A stretch of DNA of 32,000 nt, taken from the NCBI GenBank assembly GCA_022843095.1, contig JALHOH010000001.1, positions 1 to 32,000 on the forward strand. The letters run 5' to 3'. The position numbers were made by a program, and so were the translations under genes. This document shows positions 31,896 through 32,000 of this stretch, piece after piece (positions within the stretch are counted from its first letter, which is position 1; every line of letters starts with the position of its first letter). Under the pieces are notes generated by a model. The model was not told where the DNA came from, ran no database searches, and saw nothing but the letters and a program-made list of their open reading frames with translations. The DNA is from Candidatus Saccharimonadota bacterium. Its GTDB lineage: Bacteria > Patescibacteriota > Patescibacteriia > 2-12-FULL-60-25.

Positions 31896-32000
31896 AACAC
31901 TTCACTTATTTTTCTTCCCCTTTTCCGGCGCGTCTCCGGAGTAAGCCGATGCGCGATTTCAGCGCCTGAACGGGCGCGTCCGCCTCGAGCTTTTCTACCT

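Overview
GC-rich bacterial window (spot counts of about 72% GC on typical 60-nt lines). The gene content suggests a myxobacterium-like host (inference only): a 7-blade FG-GAP lipoprotein, a PEGA-like protein, a huge Cys-rich lipoprotein, a sigma-54 activator and a LuxR regulator. Almost the whole window looks like accessory or mobile DNA abutting a tRNA-Thr(GGU)/tRNA-Tyr(GUA) pair at the right end (31732-31895, minus strand). Right to left, the window contains the following. (1) An integrase, an excisionase and a structured non-coding region. (2) A five-gene, overlap-coupled minus-strand operon holding a Replic_Relax-type protein and an AT-richer palindrome/iteron patch that may be an origin. 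(3) A four-gene plus-strand cargo cluster: two paralogous 149-aa restriction-endonuclease-fold-like proteins, a COG3910-like ABC-type ATPase, and a 61-aa protein with four CxxCxGxG motifs. (4) A TM-less T4SS coupling-protein-like ATPase. (5) Envelope and secreted-protein operons with LuxR and wHTH regulators, plus an acyltransferase-3 gene. (6) A frameshifted PRiA4_ORF3-like gene. (7) A divergent pair made of a transglutaminase-like Cys protease and a membrane-anchored mini-PLA2. (8) A sensor-less sigma-54 activator translationally coupled to a Cas4-like Fe-S nuclease, followed by a DUF932 gene. (9) A clearly AT-richer patch (about 52-53% GC) encoding a GHKL-ATPase::PD-(D/E)xK fusion, a C5-cytosine methyltransferase and a small acidic protein. 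(10) A cluster of GTTACGTCACGG repeats and the 3' end of a second tyrosine recombinase at nt 1-267. The best candidates for undescribed systems are the GHKL-nuclease/MTase trio (1315-5090), the paralog/ATPase/Zn-finger cluster (24693-26751) and the bEBP/Cas4-like/DUF932 module (5316-8420). All family calls come from motif recognition by eye. No database search or computation was run.
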